From Syntrophaceticus sp. (GTDB lineage Bacteria > Bacillota > DSM-12270 > Thermacetogeniales > Thermacetogeniaceae): a stretch of 40,000 bases of DNA. The DNA lies in contig JBMNGF010000001.1 in the NCBI GenBank assembly GCA_050949745.1, positions 18,649 to 58,648 of the forward strand. The letters run 5' to 3'. Position 1 is the first letter of the stretch, and each line of letters opens with the position of its first letter. Shown in pieces: positions 27,451 to 34,994 of the stretch. The notes beneath the pieces were generated by a model. The model had not been told where the DNA came from and did not search any database. It saw only the letters and a program-made list of their open reading frames with translations. The position numbers and the translations under genes are program-made.

Positions 27451-29054
27451 TCCAATTCCTGTTCCCGGCAAAAACGCGCCACCATAACAGTCATATCATC
27501 CCTATTTTCATACCCCGCTATCTTTAAAGCATGCTTGAGGAGCAAGTCTGCAATTACTTGAGCATCCTCCAAAGGCAGGTCTCGCAGATATGTGTACATC
27601 CAATCATCAGGAACATCTTCTTGCTGACTTGCCTCAGTAACACCATCTGAAGCCATGATCAAGATGTCACCTGGTATTATCTCCCTTACCAAAACCGTTG
27701 TATCTATTTCATCTAATATACCTGCCGGCCAACAGATCGACCTGATCTGCTCTACAGCCTTTCCCCTTTTGAGAAAACTGAGTGGCGCCCCTACCTTTAA
27801 AAATTCCAGGGAACCCGCATTAAGGTCAGCTATGGCGCTGTCTATAGTGGCAGCACTCTCCTCGCCTCCCCGCAGGTATAGTGCGGTGTTAACGATTCCG
27901 GCAGCTAGCTCTGGTTTAACACCACTTCCTAATAATTGTTCAACTAATTTTACTACAATCCTGCTTTCTCGAGCGGCATTTATACCAGAGCCCATGCCAT
28001 CACTGATGGTTAACAAAAGACGCCTCTGTTCCAGGTGTGATATACAGAAGCTATCCCCGCATAAGCTTTCCAGGGGTTTAGAACGCTGAGCAACCCCAAC
28101 CTCTGCATGGAGCGGCAGAACTCTATTAGAACCATTATCTTCTACATCAGAGGCAAATGGCAGCAACCGTCCGAAAGCCAGATAAAGCATAACTGCAGCG
28201 GTGCTGGCCCAGAAGTGACCATGTAGAGCACCCAGCTGACCATAACTGGCTGAAAAGAACAGACTTGACAAAAAGAATCCCAGCACCACCCCTGGCCGCC
28301 CCCAACTCTTCAGGAGCCCCGAAAAAAAACCTGTTGCCGCATAAAAACCTGTCCTCGGCATAGCTGTGAGCAAGTTTCCGGAAAACAACCCTAAAATAAC
28401 ACCGGCCGCTGCCCCCCAGCCCCCTCCCCAACCACCGGCCACAACCAAAAGGACAATCCGTGCCAGTACTTCACGTATATTAGTGGGACCGAGCTGCAGA
28501 TCTCCTAAGCCATAATATACCAATACAAACAATAGCAACATGAAAAGCTTTTTCTGTTTCACCCAGTCACTGAAAATATAATAAAATGGCACAGCAAAGA
28601 CTGCCGCCAGTGCGGATTCACTTAGCAGTAAGGGTAAATAGCCCGGCTGTACTCCCGTAACCGCCATAAAGCCGAATTTGATGGTAAAGTTCAAGCCTCC
28701 GACAAAAAAAGCCACTGCAACCCAGGAATTTATCAGCTGTTTTTGATAGCGCCGTGCAACAATAAAAATAGCAGCTAACAGTAAAAGATCAATAAGGGGA
28801 TGCACCCCCGGATACACAGAAGGCCTTACAGCGAGGCCGATAAGCATCCCTGCTACAAGGGACAAAAAAGAACTGGGTTGAAAAAATAGAGCACCGATAG
28901 CAGCTGTAGGAGCAGCAAAGGGAGCCAGTCCCCCCAACAGCCCTCTTCCGGCAGCCAATCCGAGCACAAAGGTGCTGAGATACCACCATGGGTTAATCTG
29001 CAGCCCCTGCATCACCGCCACCCACTGACGCAACCTGCTGAAAACCATAGCCAT
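27447..29054 (-). CDS. spoIIE: stage II sporulation protein E-like membrane PP2C phosphatase (short form, 535 aa)
   Basis: An N-terminal polytopic region of ~290 aa is followed directly by a PP2C/SpoIIE domain (LLLTISDGMGSGINAARES ... LIMASDGV ... DDMTVMVARF). The tRNA-spoIIE-tilS-ftsH synteny matches Bacillus subtilis. Confidence 0.75.
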   Translation of the reverse strand: MAMVFSRLRQWVAVMQGLQINPWWYLSTFVLGLAAGRGLLGGLAPFAAPTAAIGALFFQPSSFLSLVAGMLIGLAVRPSVYPGVHPLIDLLLLAAIFIVARRYQKQLINSWVAVAFFVGGLNFTIKFGFMAVTGVQPGYLPLLLSESALAAVFAVPFYYIFSDWVKQKKLFMLLLFVLVYYGLGDLQLGPTNIREVLARIVLLVVAGGWGGGWGAAAGVILGLFSGNLLTAMPRTGFYAATGFFSGLLKSWGRPGVVLGFFLSSLFFSASYGQLGALHGHFWASTAAVMLYLAFGRLLPFASDVEDNGSNRVLPLHAEVGVAQRSKPLESLCGDSFCISHLEQRRLLLTISDGMGSGINAARESRIVVKLVEQLLGSGVKPELAAGIVNTALYLRGGEESAATIDSAIADLNAGSLEFLKVGAPLSFLKRGKAVEQIRSICWPAGILDEIDTTVLVREIIPGDILIMASDGVTEASQQEDVPDDWMYTYLRDLPLEDAQVIADLLLKHALKIAGYENRDDMTVMVARFCREQELE

Positions 29055-29300
29055 TGTCGACTCCCCCTAAAAATAGAGGTCTGATGCCATATTCGGAGGT
29101 CAGAAATATGCTAGAGCTGCCTCATGTCCCTTTGCGTCATTCCCCAACTTCTGCACAATTATCGGTACGCCTGGACGGCAGCTGCAACACTCCTGACTTT
29201 TTGCCTCTGCTTCCGATGAACACCAGATTTTCCCATAATGAGACCCATTATACTCTATAGCCCAGGAGAAATTTGGTGATTTAGGCAGGGGGCACTCGAC

Positions 29301-29339
29301 AAATAAAAATGAAATACCCCACCATTTAAGGTGAGGTAT
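29301..29339 (-). terminator. intrinsic terminator after the tRNA operon
   Basis: Minus-strand ATACCTCACC-TTAAAT-GGTGGGGTAT (10 bp stem, 29339-29314) is followed by TTCATTTTTATTT. Confidence 0.75.
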
Positions 29340-29344
29340 TAGTT

Positions 29345-29420
29345 TGGTGACCCGTAGGGGATTCGAACCCCTGTTACCGGCGTGAAAGGCCGGTGTCTTA
29401 AACCACTTGACCAACGGGCC
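29345..29420 (-). tRNA. tRNA-Glu (anticodon UUC)
   Basis: The reverse complement GGCCCGTTGGTCAAGTGGTTTAAGACACCGGCCTTTCACGCCGGTAACAGGGGTTCGAATCCCCTACGGGTCACCA folds as a cloverleaf. The anticodon loop is CTTTCAC, the T-loop is GGTTCGAATCC, and CCA is encoded. Confidence 0.9.
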
Positions 29421-29424
29421 TTAC

Positions 29425-29501
29425 TGGTAGCGGCGGCTGGATTCGAACCAGCGACCTTGCGGGTATGAACCGCACGCTATAACCAACTAAGCTACGCCGC
29501 C
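29425..29501 (-). tRNA. tRNA-Met, elongator type (anticodon CAU)
   Basis: The sequence is GGCGGCGTAGCTTAGTTGGTTATAGCGTGCGGTTCATACCCGCAAGGTCGCTGGTTCGAATCCAGCCGCCGCTACCA. The acceptor (GGCGG...CCGCT) and anticodon stem resemble Bacillus elongator tRNA-Met rather than tRNA-Ile2 or the initiator. Confidence 0.8.
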
Positions 29502-29506
29502 ACATT

Positions 29507-29582
29507 TGGTAGCGGGGGCTGGATTCGAACCAGCGACCTCCGGGTTATGAGCCCGACGAGCTTACCGCTGCTCCACCCCGCA
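29507..29582 (-). tRNA. initiator tRNA-fMet (anticodon CAU)
   Basis: The sequence is TGCGGGGTGGAGCAGCGGTAAGCTCGTCGGGCTCATAACCCGGAGGTCGCTGGTTCGAATCCAGCCCCCGCTACCA. It has three consecutive G-C pairs closing the anticodon stem (GGG/CCC) and an unpaired 1:72 position (U:U here), both initiator hallmarks. Confidence 0.85.
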
Positions 29583-29594
29583 ATGCCAGATATC

Positions 29595-29623
29595 ATTATG
29601 CCTGATTATTCGGCTCCTGTCAA
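29595..29623 (-). promoter_or_regulatory. sigma-A type promoter of the tRNA operon
   Basis: Minus strand reads TTGACA (29623-29618), a 17-nt spacer, then CATAAT (29600-29595), about 13 nt upstream of the tRNA-fMet 5' end. Confidence 0.65.
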
Positions 29624-29657
29624 GAGGTCTACTAATTATTTGTGGTGGCATTTTTTA

Positions 29658-29812
29658 AGATCTAGAGCGCTTGGCACCGCTTGATTTGTTGTCTTTCGTG
29701 TGACATGTGACACGGGGACGGGGGTCTTTGACACACGTCATAGATCTAGGGTGCCTGGCACCGTTTGATTTGTTGTCATTTAATTATTCTGTTACTCACG
29801 GTGCCAGGCACC
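29658..29812. repeat. 84-bp-period direct repeat with embedded GTGACACGGGGACGGGGG word and GGTGCCWGGCACC palindromes
   Basis: AGATCTAGAGCGCTTGGCACCGCTTGATTTGTTGTC (29658-29693) matches AGATCTAGGGTGCCTGGCACCGTTTGATTTGTTGTC (29742-29777). Between them lies TTTCGTGTGACATGTGACACGGGGACGGGGGTCTTTGACACACG, which shares ATGTGACACGGGGACGGGG with 4345-4363. Palindromes lie at 29750-29762 and 29800-29812. Confidence 0.7.
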
Positions 29813-29823
29813 TGCGTTCGCGT

Positions 29824-30486
29824 TTAGCTACTTTTCTTTAAGTCCACCTGTTCCTCAAGCCAGGTGATCCAGGGAGCAAAGCCTTCATCAAGCCGCGCTG
29901 AAAGCTGAAAAATCTCCAAACCGGGGTTGATTTTTTTTAAATCCTCTTCCAAAAGATCCACATCACAATCGGTATAGGGAAGGAGATCGATCTTGTTGAG
30001 CAGCACAACTTTAGATAGGCGAAAAACCAACGGATATTTCGCTGGCTTGTCATTACCCTCTGTGATACTTAAAACTGCTGCCCGAGCATCCTCTCCCAGA
30101 TCAAACTCCGCGGGACAAACCAGGTTACCTACATTCTCCACGATCAGAAGATCCAGTTCATCCAGATCGAAGTCCTCCAGGGTTGGTTTCACCATTCTGG
30201 CATCCAAATGGCATGCACCATCTGTATTGATCTGCACCACCGGTATCCCGAACTTTTCAATGCGCTCAGCATCCCTGCTTGTATATATATCCCCCTCTAT
30301 CACTCCCAACTTCAACCGCTCAGAGAGCTTACCAATGGTTTTTTCCAGTATACTCGTCTTCCCGGAACCGGGAGAGCTCATCAGGTTGAGCACAAAAACC
30401 CTTTTACCATGAAATAATTCCCTGTTCTCCCTGGCCACTTCATCATTTTGCTGCAGCACAGGTGCAGCCATCCGAACTTTAACCAT
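29824..30486 (-). CDS. hypB: hydrogenase nickel-incorporation GTPase HypB
   Basis: It has the P-loop MSSPGSGKTS, ENVGNLVCP and NKIDL. Length is 220 aa. Confidence 0.9.
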   Translation of the reverse strand: MVKVRMAAPVLQQNDEVARENRELFHGKRVFVLNLMSSPGSGKTSILEKTIGKLSERLKLGVIEGDIYTSRDAERIEKFGIPVVQINTDGACHLDARMVKPTLEDFDLDELDLLIVENVGNLVCPAEFDLGEDARAAVLSITEGNDKPAKYPLVFRLSKVVLLNKIDLLPYTDCDVDLLEEDLKKINPGLEIFQLSARLDEGFAPWITWLEEQVDLKKSS

Positions 30487-30489
30487 TTT

Positions 30490-30831
30490 CTAGTCTCCTT
30501 CATAATAATCAATGTATAATCCTCTTCCAGAGGCTACCCGCACATCCGGACTAGAACAGGAGGGGCAGAGGAAATTAAAATCGTCAATACCAAAATTGTG
30601 GTGGCAATCCTTGCACTCTCCACACACCGGCTCTTTCTGTATCTCCAAAAGTGCATCTTGAAACAGCTTTTCATCCCTGAAAGAATCAAAAGCGAACTGT
30701 AGAGCATCAGGTACCGCCATCGTCATATCGCCCACCACCAGCATCACCTTTGTGATCTTGCTGATGTTATTCTCAGCTGCGCTTTTACGCAGCAGATCTA
30801 TGATTCCCAGCATCAGCGACATTTCGTGCAT
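30490..30831 (-). CDS. hypA: hydrogenase maturation nickel metallochaperone HypA
   Basis: MHEMSL is the canonical N-terminus, and the zinc site is CGECxxC...CPSC. The start is placed at ATG 30831, whereas the track ORF starts 13 codons upstream. Confidence 0.88.
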   Translation of the reverse strand: MHEMSLMLGIIDLLRKSAAENNISKITKVMLVVGDMTMAVPDALQFAFDSFRDEKLFQDALLEIQKEPVCGECKDCHHNFGIDDFNFLCPSCSSPDVRVASGRGLYIDYYEGD

Positions 30832-31036
30832 AAGCCCCACCATTTTCCTGTTATTATTATACGCCTTCATTTTATGCTAATTTTCTCTGTTTGACAACTG
30901 AACAGAATAAGTGATAAGTACCTAGGATTAGGATATATAGGCTTCATCAGATGGCTATCGATGTTAGCCTAAAGAGGATGAAACGTTAATAGTGAGGCCC
31001 AAACACTAGAAGATTCTTGTAATTGGGCCTCATGTG

Positions 31037-31480
31037 TCAGTTATTGAGCATCAGTTTGGCTCCTGCAGCAAGGAGCACTACACCGAGCACCTTCCACCAG
31101 GTGAAGGGAACGACTTTAAGTCCGAAAAGCCCGAAATGATCGATGAGGAGCGCTGCGGAAACCTGGCCGACGATAATTGCAGTGGTAGCAATAGAAACCC
31201 CTAACTTGGATATGCTGGCCATTACAGTATAAAGAATAACAATACTCAAAATGCCACCAAGATAGGAATACCAAGGGGCCTCCCCCACATGTGTTAAATT
31301 ACCTTTACCAAGTCCAAATAGCAGCAAAACAATCAGTGCAATTGTTCCTATAACATGAACAACAAAATTTGCCTCCAGCAAACCGATAACCTTGCTTAAA
31401 AGAGTATTTAGTGAACCCTGTACTGCCATGGATATACCAGCTATAGCGCCGATCAAAAGAGGAATAAGAGCAGGCTTCAT
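31037..31480 (-). CDS. DMT-superfamily small membrane protein (YdcZ/DUF606-like)
   Basis: It has about five TM helices, and MKPALIPLLIGAIAGISMAVQGSLNTLL is typical of DUF606. The start is placed at ATG 31480. Confidence 0.65.
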   Translation of the reverse strand: MKPALIPLLIGAIAGISMAVQGSLNTLLSKVIGLLEANFVVHVIGTIALIVLLLFGLGKGNLTHVGEAPWYSYLGGILSIVILYTVMASISKLGVSIATTAIIVGQVSAALLIDHFGLFGLKVVPFTWWKVLGVVLLAAGAKLMLNN

Positions 31481-31549
31481 AAATGTTCTCCTTTTCGTGA
31501 GCAATTTTTAATCATTGCTCCAGCCCTTCCCTCTCCCCATTCAAATCAA

Positions 31550-32467
31550 TCAAATCATTTCCTGAATGATTCCATACAGAAGATCTGCATCACTGACTCT
31601 GACCCCTGGTGCGTTCAAATAAGTAAGTATAGACCAGAGAATAGTGGTGCCAGCCACAATAATATCTGCACGCTCCGGCTGCAACCCAAGGACACTTTTT
31701 CTCTCCTCATTATTTTTCACAGCAAGGGAGAACATTATTCTCTCTACCCCTTTCCTGGTGAGAATGTGCCCCTGAATCCGTTCCGCTTCATAGACCTCCA
31801 GCGCCAGATCCACAGCTGCCAGTGAAGTAATCGTCCCCCCTACCCCGATCAAAACAGGACAGGGAATTTTTTTGATTCGATTTAGAATTTCTTTGGCAGT
31901 ACCCAGTATTTCCGAAAGTAGACATGGTTCTTCTGTCAGGCGAACTGCACCGAGAGGTATGCTGTAGCAGCTCAACTCATCCTGGATAGAATAAGTAAAC
32001 TCAGTGCTCCCACCACCGATATCAATCACAACAGCTGTCCCCTCAGCAGCGATCGACTGACAGGCACCGATGTAAGTCAAGTATGCCTCTTCTCGGCCGC
32101 TGATGATATCTATAGCAAGCCCTGTCTCATTTCTGGCCTGATCAAGAAAAAACGCCGCGTTAGCGGCTTCTCGAACAGCACTGGTAGCAACCACACGCAG
32201 ATGGACCACTTCGAATTCCCTGATTAAAGCAAGGTATTCCTTTAAAGCTGTAATCGTCCGTCCGATAGGTTTTTCTCCCAATAAACCCTCTCTTGCCAAC
32301 CCCTCTCCGATTCTAGTAGTCCTCAGAGTTTTTAACACAGGAATAATAGACTTGCCTTTTTTATCAGCGATCAGCAGCCGACAGGAATTAGTGCCAATAT
32401 CGACCGCCGCCATGCGTTGGCCTGACAAAGAAGCTTCACCCCTTCTAGTGAAGAATTTCTTGTTCAT
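31550..32467 (-). CDS. Ppx/GppA-family phosphatase
   Basis: AAVDIGTNSCRLL is the ASKHA phosphate-1 motif, and IDIGGGSTE is also present. The track start 32467 lies inside divIC. The likely real start is TTG 32428 (7 nt after GAAGGGGTGA) or ATG 32413. Confidence 0.8.
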   Translation of the reverse strand: MNKKFFTRRGEASLSGQRMAAVDIGTNSCRLLIADKKGKSIIPVLKTLRTTRIGEGLAREGLLGEKPIGRTITALKEYLALIREFEVVHLRVVATSAVREAANAAFFLDQARNETGLAIDIISGREEAYLTYIGACQSIAAEGTAVVIDIGGGSTEFTYSIQDELSCYSIPLGAVRLTEEPCLLSEILGTAKEILNRIKKIPCPVLIGVGGTITSLAAVDLALEVYEAERIQGHILTRKGVERIMFSLAVKNNEERKSVLGLQPERADIIVAGTTILWSILTYLNAPGVRVSDADLLYGIIQEMI

Positions 32468-32807
32468 TTACGGAGAACGACTGGACTTGCCCCGGAACCG
32501 CCTCACGGATCGGTAACTCTCCAGGCCTGACTAAACCTAGCTCCTGCCGTGCCATTTCTTCAACATAAGCATCGCTGGAATAATAGTCGATCTCTTTTTG
32601 AATGTCCTCTTTTAGAGCCAACAGTTCCTGTTCCTGCTGCTGATAATCATTCAACTGCCTTTCCATCTGCCATATCTTTAACTGGGTAGGAATAAAGAGA
32701 AGACAAAAGAACCCACATATAATCCCTAGAATGATCAGCCCTCTTTTGCGTTTTTCTTTTTTTCGCTTTATCTCAAATAAGCGATCCTGGCTGCTCTTAT
32801 GAGCCAT
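32445..32807 (-). CDS. divIC: septum formation initiator (DivIC/FtsB family)
   Basis: It has a basic N-terminus, a single TM (LIILGIICGFFCLLFI) and a coiled coil (LNDYQQQEQELLALKEDIQKEI), followed by ARQELGLVRPGE. Confidence 0.78.
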   Translation of the reverse strand: MAHKSSQDRLFEIKRKKEKRKRGLIILGIICGFFCLLFIPTQLKIWQMERQLNDYQQQEQELLALKEDIQKEIDYYSSDAYVEEMARQELGLVRPGELPIREAVPGQVQSFSVNEQEILH

Positions 32808-32813
32808 CTACTA

Positions 32814-33041
32814 CTAAACCTCCTCCTCATTTTCTGCTCCGAACAAGCCCAGGTCTGTTGAGATCACAATAACAACCTCATACCCCTTGCTACGAGCTCT
32901 GCTCAGAAGTGTGGCTACAGTAGCCGCGTTGACGCCCATTCTATTAGCAATTTCTTCATTGCTGTTGCCGGTTTCTTTTAGAATGACCGCTTGTTTCTCC
33001 CTAAAACTTAGTTTTTCCGCTCCGCGTATCTCTAGCTGCAC
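32814..33041 (-). CDS. small HTH protein (LuxR / sigma-70 region-4-like, 75 aa)
   Basis: LSFREKQAVILKETGNSNEEIANRMGVNAATVATLLSRARSKG fits the region-4/LuxR HTH pattern. GTG 33041 lies 5 nt after GGAG. The stop lies 6 nt before the divIC start. Confidence 0.6.
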   Translation of the reverse strand: MQLEIRGAEKLSFREKQAVILKETGNSNEEIANRMGVNAATVATLLSRARSKGYEVVIVISTDLGLFGAENEEEV

Positions 33042-33067
33042 TTTGTCTCCAATCCGCTATTTACAAC

Positions 33068-33099
33068 TTATCCACATTTTGTGGACAATTTGTGGACAA
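33068..33099. promoter_or_regulatory. cluster of three DnaA boxes
   Basis: TTATCCACA (33068-33076) is a perfect consensus. TGTGGACAA at 33080-33088 and 33091-33099 reads TTGTCCACA on the other strand, one mismatch each. The cluster lies 27-58 nt upstream of the small HTH gene start. Confidence 0.6.
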
Positions 33100-33393
33100 C
33101 TTTATTACAAATCATATTTTTAATTCTATATAAAAATAATATTTCCTTCTCCTTTTCGAAACTTTTTCAACAACCCGCCATTCTTTTTCCCCACTTCTCA
33201 TATCCTTTCCAACACTTGCAGTCTTCAAGCAGCAGAACAATATCGATTCTTTTTCCAACGACCACTTTTCCACTAAAAATGCGCTGTGGACAGTTCCTAT
33301 TGCATACAACAGCCAAATCGGGCGGCCCCCTGGCTGTTAAATATCCCTTTTCTATAAGGAAAAACAAAAAAGAGCCCCTTGCTAGCTAAACAG

Positions 33394-33903
33394 CTAATTT
33401 TTCCTCCTCCATTCCCTGAATTTACGCCAGAGCAGACGACAAGAATAGCGGAAGGGAAGAAGCAAGAGACGCAAGAGCCCGCAGAGGAACTGTATGGCAA
33501 AACTGACGACCCAAACCATCAGACGAAAAGGAAAAATAAGAATTTGTAAACAAAATATCAACAGCCTCAGCAATAATTTAAGACCACGGCCAATTTGAAG
33601 AAAACAGTAATACAAAGGTTCCCTGATGTAAGGGCTAGCAAACTTAAGATAGAGAAACATTCCTATAGGCAGGAATAGGATGGTAAAAAAGCGCACACTT
33701 CCCTCTATTATCCAGTAAAAGGTATAGAAAGTCGGTCCTACACAAATAAGCCAAAAGAGCAGGTCGCTTAACTGTGTAGAAAGGTAGCTTGGCCTGAATT
33801 TCCTGCGCAGCAGGCGATAGCAGTCAAAAATAAGGCCGATCCCCATCCCTAGCCCGGTGATCGTCAAGACCAGCAAGAAGTCATGAGCAACCGACTGGGT
33901 CAT
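33394..33903 (-). CDS. yabQ: spore cortex biosynthesis protein YabQ
   Basis: It is a polytopic membrane protein, and GLGMGIGLIFDCYRLLRRKF is the conserved YabQ N-terminal block. It overlaps the yabP stop by 4 nt. Confidence 0.75.
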   Translation of the reverse strand: MTQSVAHDFLLVLTITGLGMGIGLIFDCYRLLRRKFRPSYLSTQLSDLLFWLICVGPTFYTFYWIIEGSVRFFTILFLPIGMFLYLKFASPYIREPLYYCFLQIGRGLKLLLRLLIFCLQILIFPFRLMVWVVSFAIQFLCGLLRLLLLPFRYSCRLLWRKFREWRRKN

Positions 33904-34178
33904 TTGATAAGGCGTTCAAGTATATTTTTACCCTTTGCCTTAATTTTTTTGCCCCGCTCCTCACAAAATTCCAGTGATATAATGAGCCCTTCGACGATCA
34001 GATCTCCTGCCGTCAGGTCCAAGTGGGTGATATGCAACTCTTCCCCATGTAGAACCAGAAGCCCAATACCCGTTTCTAGAATGATCTCATGGTCATCAAA
34101 ACTCACTACTTTCTGCACCCCTGTGGTTTGCAACACTTCCCTGTTGGTCAAGGTCAGTTCCTGGTTTAGCTGTGGCAA
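33900..34178 (-). CDS. yabP: sporulation protein YabP
   Basis: LTLTNREVLQTTGVQKVVSFDDHEIILETGIGLLVLHGEELHITHLDL matches the YabP repeat-barrel pattern. TTG 34178 lies 7 nt after GGAGGG. Confidence 0.85.
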   Translation of the reverse strand: MPQLNQELTLTNREVLQTTGVQKVVSFDDHEIILETGIGLLVLHGEELHITHLDLTAGDLIVEGLIISLEFCEERGKKIKAKGKNILERLIK

Positions 34179-34277
34179 TGCTGGTCCCTCCTTTCATTAA
34201 TGGTCCTCCTTCCATAATATGTTGCATGGTTACTTATTAGACCCTAAAAACTCAGCAACTGCCCAGGACATGCCCAA

Positions 34278-34369
34278 TCAAGGGGGCAGTCAAGGTAACG
34301 GGGGGCTGGTCTGATTCAAAACCCCCGTCCCCTTGACTTACAGTGATTCAATGAGTCAAGGCGAGTCAA
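34278..34369. repeat. copy of the GTCCCCTTGACT repeat family
   Basis: TCAAGGGGGCAGTCAAGG carries inverted-orientation words. CGTCCCCTTGACTTA lies at 34326-34340. Hairpin arms CCTTGACT (34331-34338) and AGTCAAGG (34354-34361) pair, and GCGAGTCAA follows. Confidence 0.6.
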
Positions 34370-34526
34370 AATAAAAAAGCCCTTCCCCCAGCTATGCGGA
34401 AAAGGCACCATGCCTCACTCTTTCAAGAACTGAATAAAACAGATACAGTTAAAATATATTATATCTTTACAGAACGTTCATCATATCCGGGGCTATCCCT
34501 GTTCCTTAAGCCACACAATAAGTAAC

Positions 34527-34775
34527 TCAGGTATTGCTGTACTTCCTGCGTGTCGCTTCCCCCCCGCGTAAATGGCGTTCAGCCTTATTGAGGTCAAGAA
34601 CAAGGCGAACCTTGCGGGCTAACTGCTGATTGATTCTAGGCAAGCGCTCAGTCACATCTTTATGTACAGTACTTTTGCTGACACCAAAAACAGTGGCAGC
34701 TTGGCGAACTGTTGCCGAAGTTTCTATTAAATAGGCGCTAATCTCTAAGACCCGGCGGCGAATGTACTCCTGCAC
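34527..34775 (-). CDS. spoIIID: stage III sporulation protein D (mother-cell transcription factor)
   Basis: FGVSKSTVHKDVTERLP and RHLRGGEATRRKY are near-identical to the B. subtilis SpoIIID motifs. GTG 34775 lies 4 nt after GGGGGGAG. The track ORF adds 24 unlikely codons. Confidence 0.88.
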   Translation of the reverse strand: MQEYIRRRVLEISAYLIETSATVRQAATVFGVSKSTVHKDVTERLPRINQQLARKVRLVLDLNKAERHLRGGEATRRKYSNT

Positions 34776-34994
34776 TTTACTCCCCCCGTCTTCTAGGTAC
34801 ACTACATTTATATCCAACAAAGGGGGTAAAAAGACTAATAGGAGCAAACGGTAACTTGAGGATCAATTTGCATAATTAGCAAGCACAGAAACATAAATAC
34901 AGTTTTTGACCCTATCATCCACCTGTAAAGAACCTTTCAAAAAGGGATGCGTGCTCAAAGGGCAGCTGTAACAGACAGCTAAATTAGATGACAT

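Noticed and set aside
9010-28431. Many antisense or out-of-frame ORFs lie inside the large genes. Examples are 9010-9255, 9508-9708, 14214-14462, 15613-16182, 19747-20168, 21915-22381, 22821-23333, 24750-25385, 27655-28089 and 28147-28431.
   Set aside because: Each lies wholly within a longer ORF that carries strong family motifs (ATPase, folE, panC, folP, fhs, ftsH, spoIIE). Their products are Ser/Pro/Arg-rich, as is typical of shadow frames.
29100-29414. A 104-aa minus-strand ORF overlaps tRNA-Glu and the tRNA terminator.
   Set aside because: It reads straight through a tRNA gene and a terminator hairpin and has no Shine-Dalgarno. It is spurious.
33081-33500. Several 65-102-aa ORFs lie on both strands in the yabQ to HTH-gene spacer.
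   Set aside because: They are mutually overlapping and low-complexity, lack ribosome-binding sites, and cover the DnaA-box region. I treat the region as non-coding.
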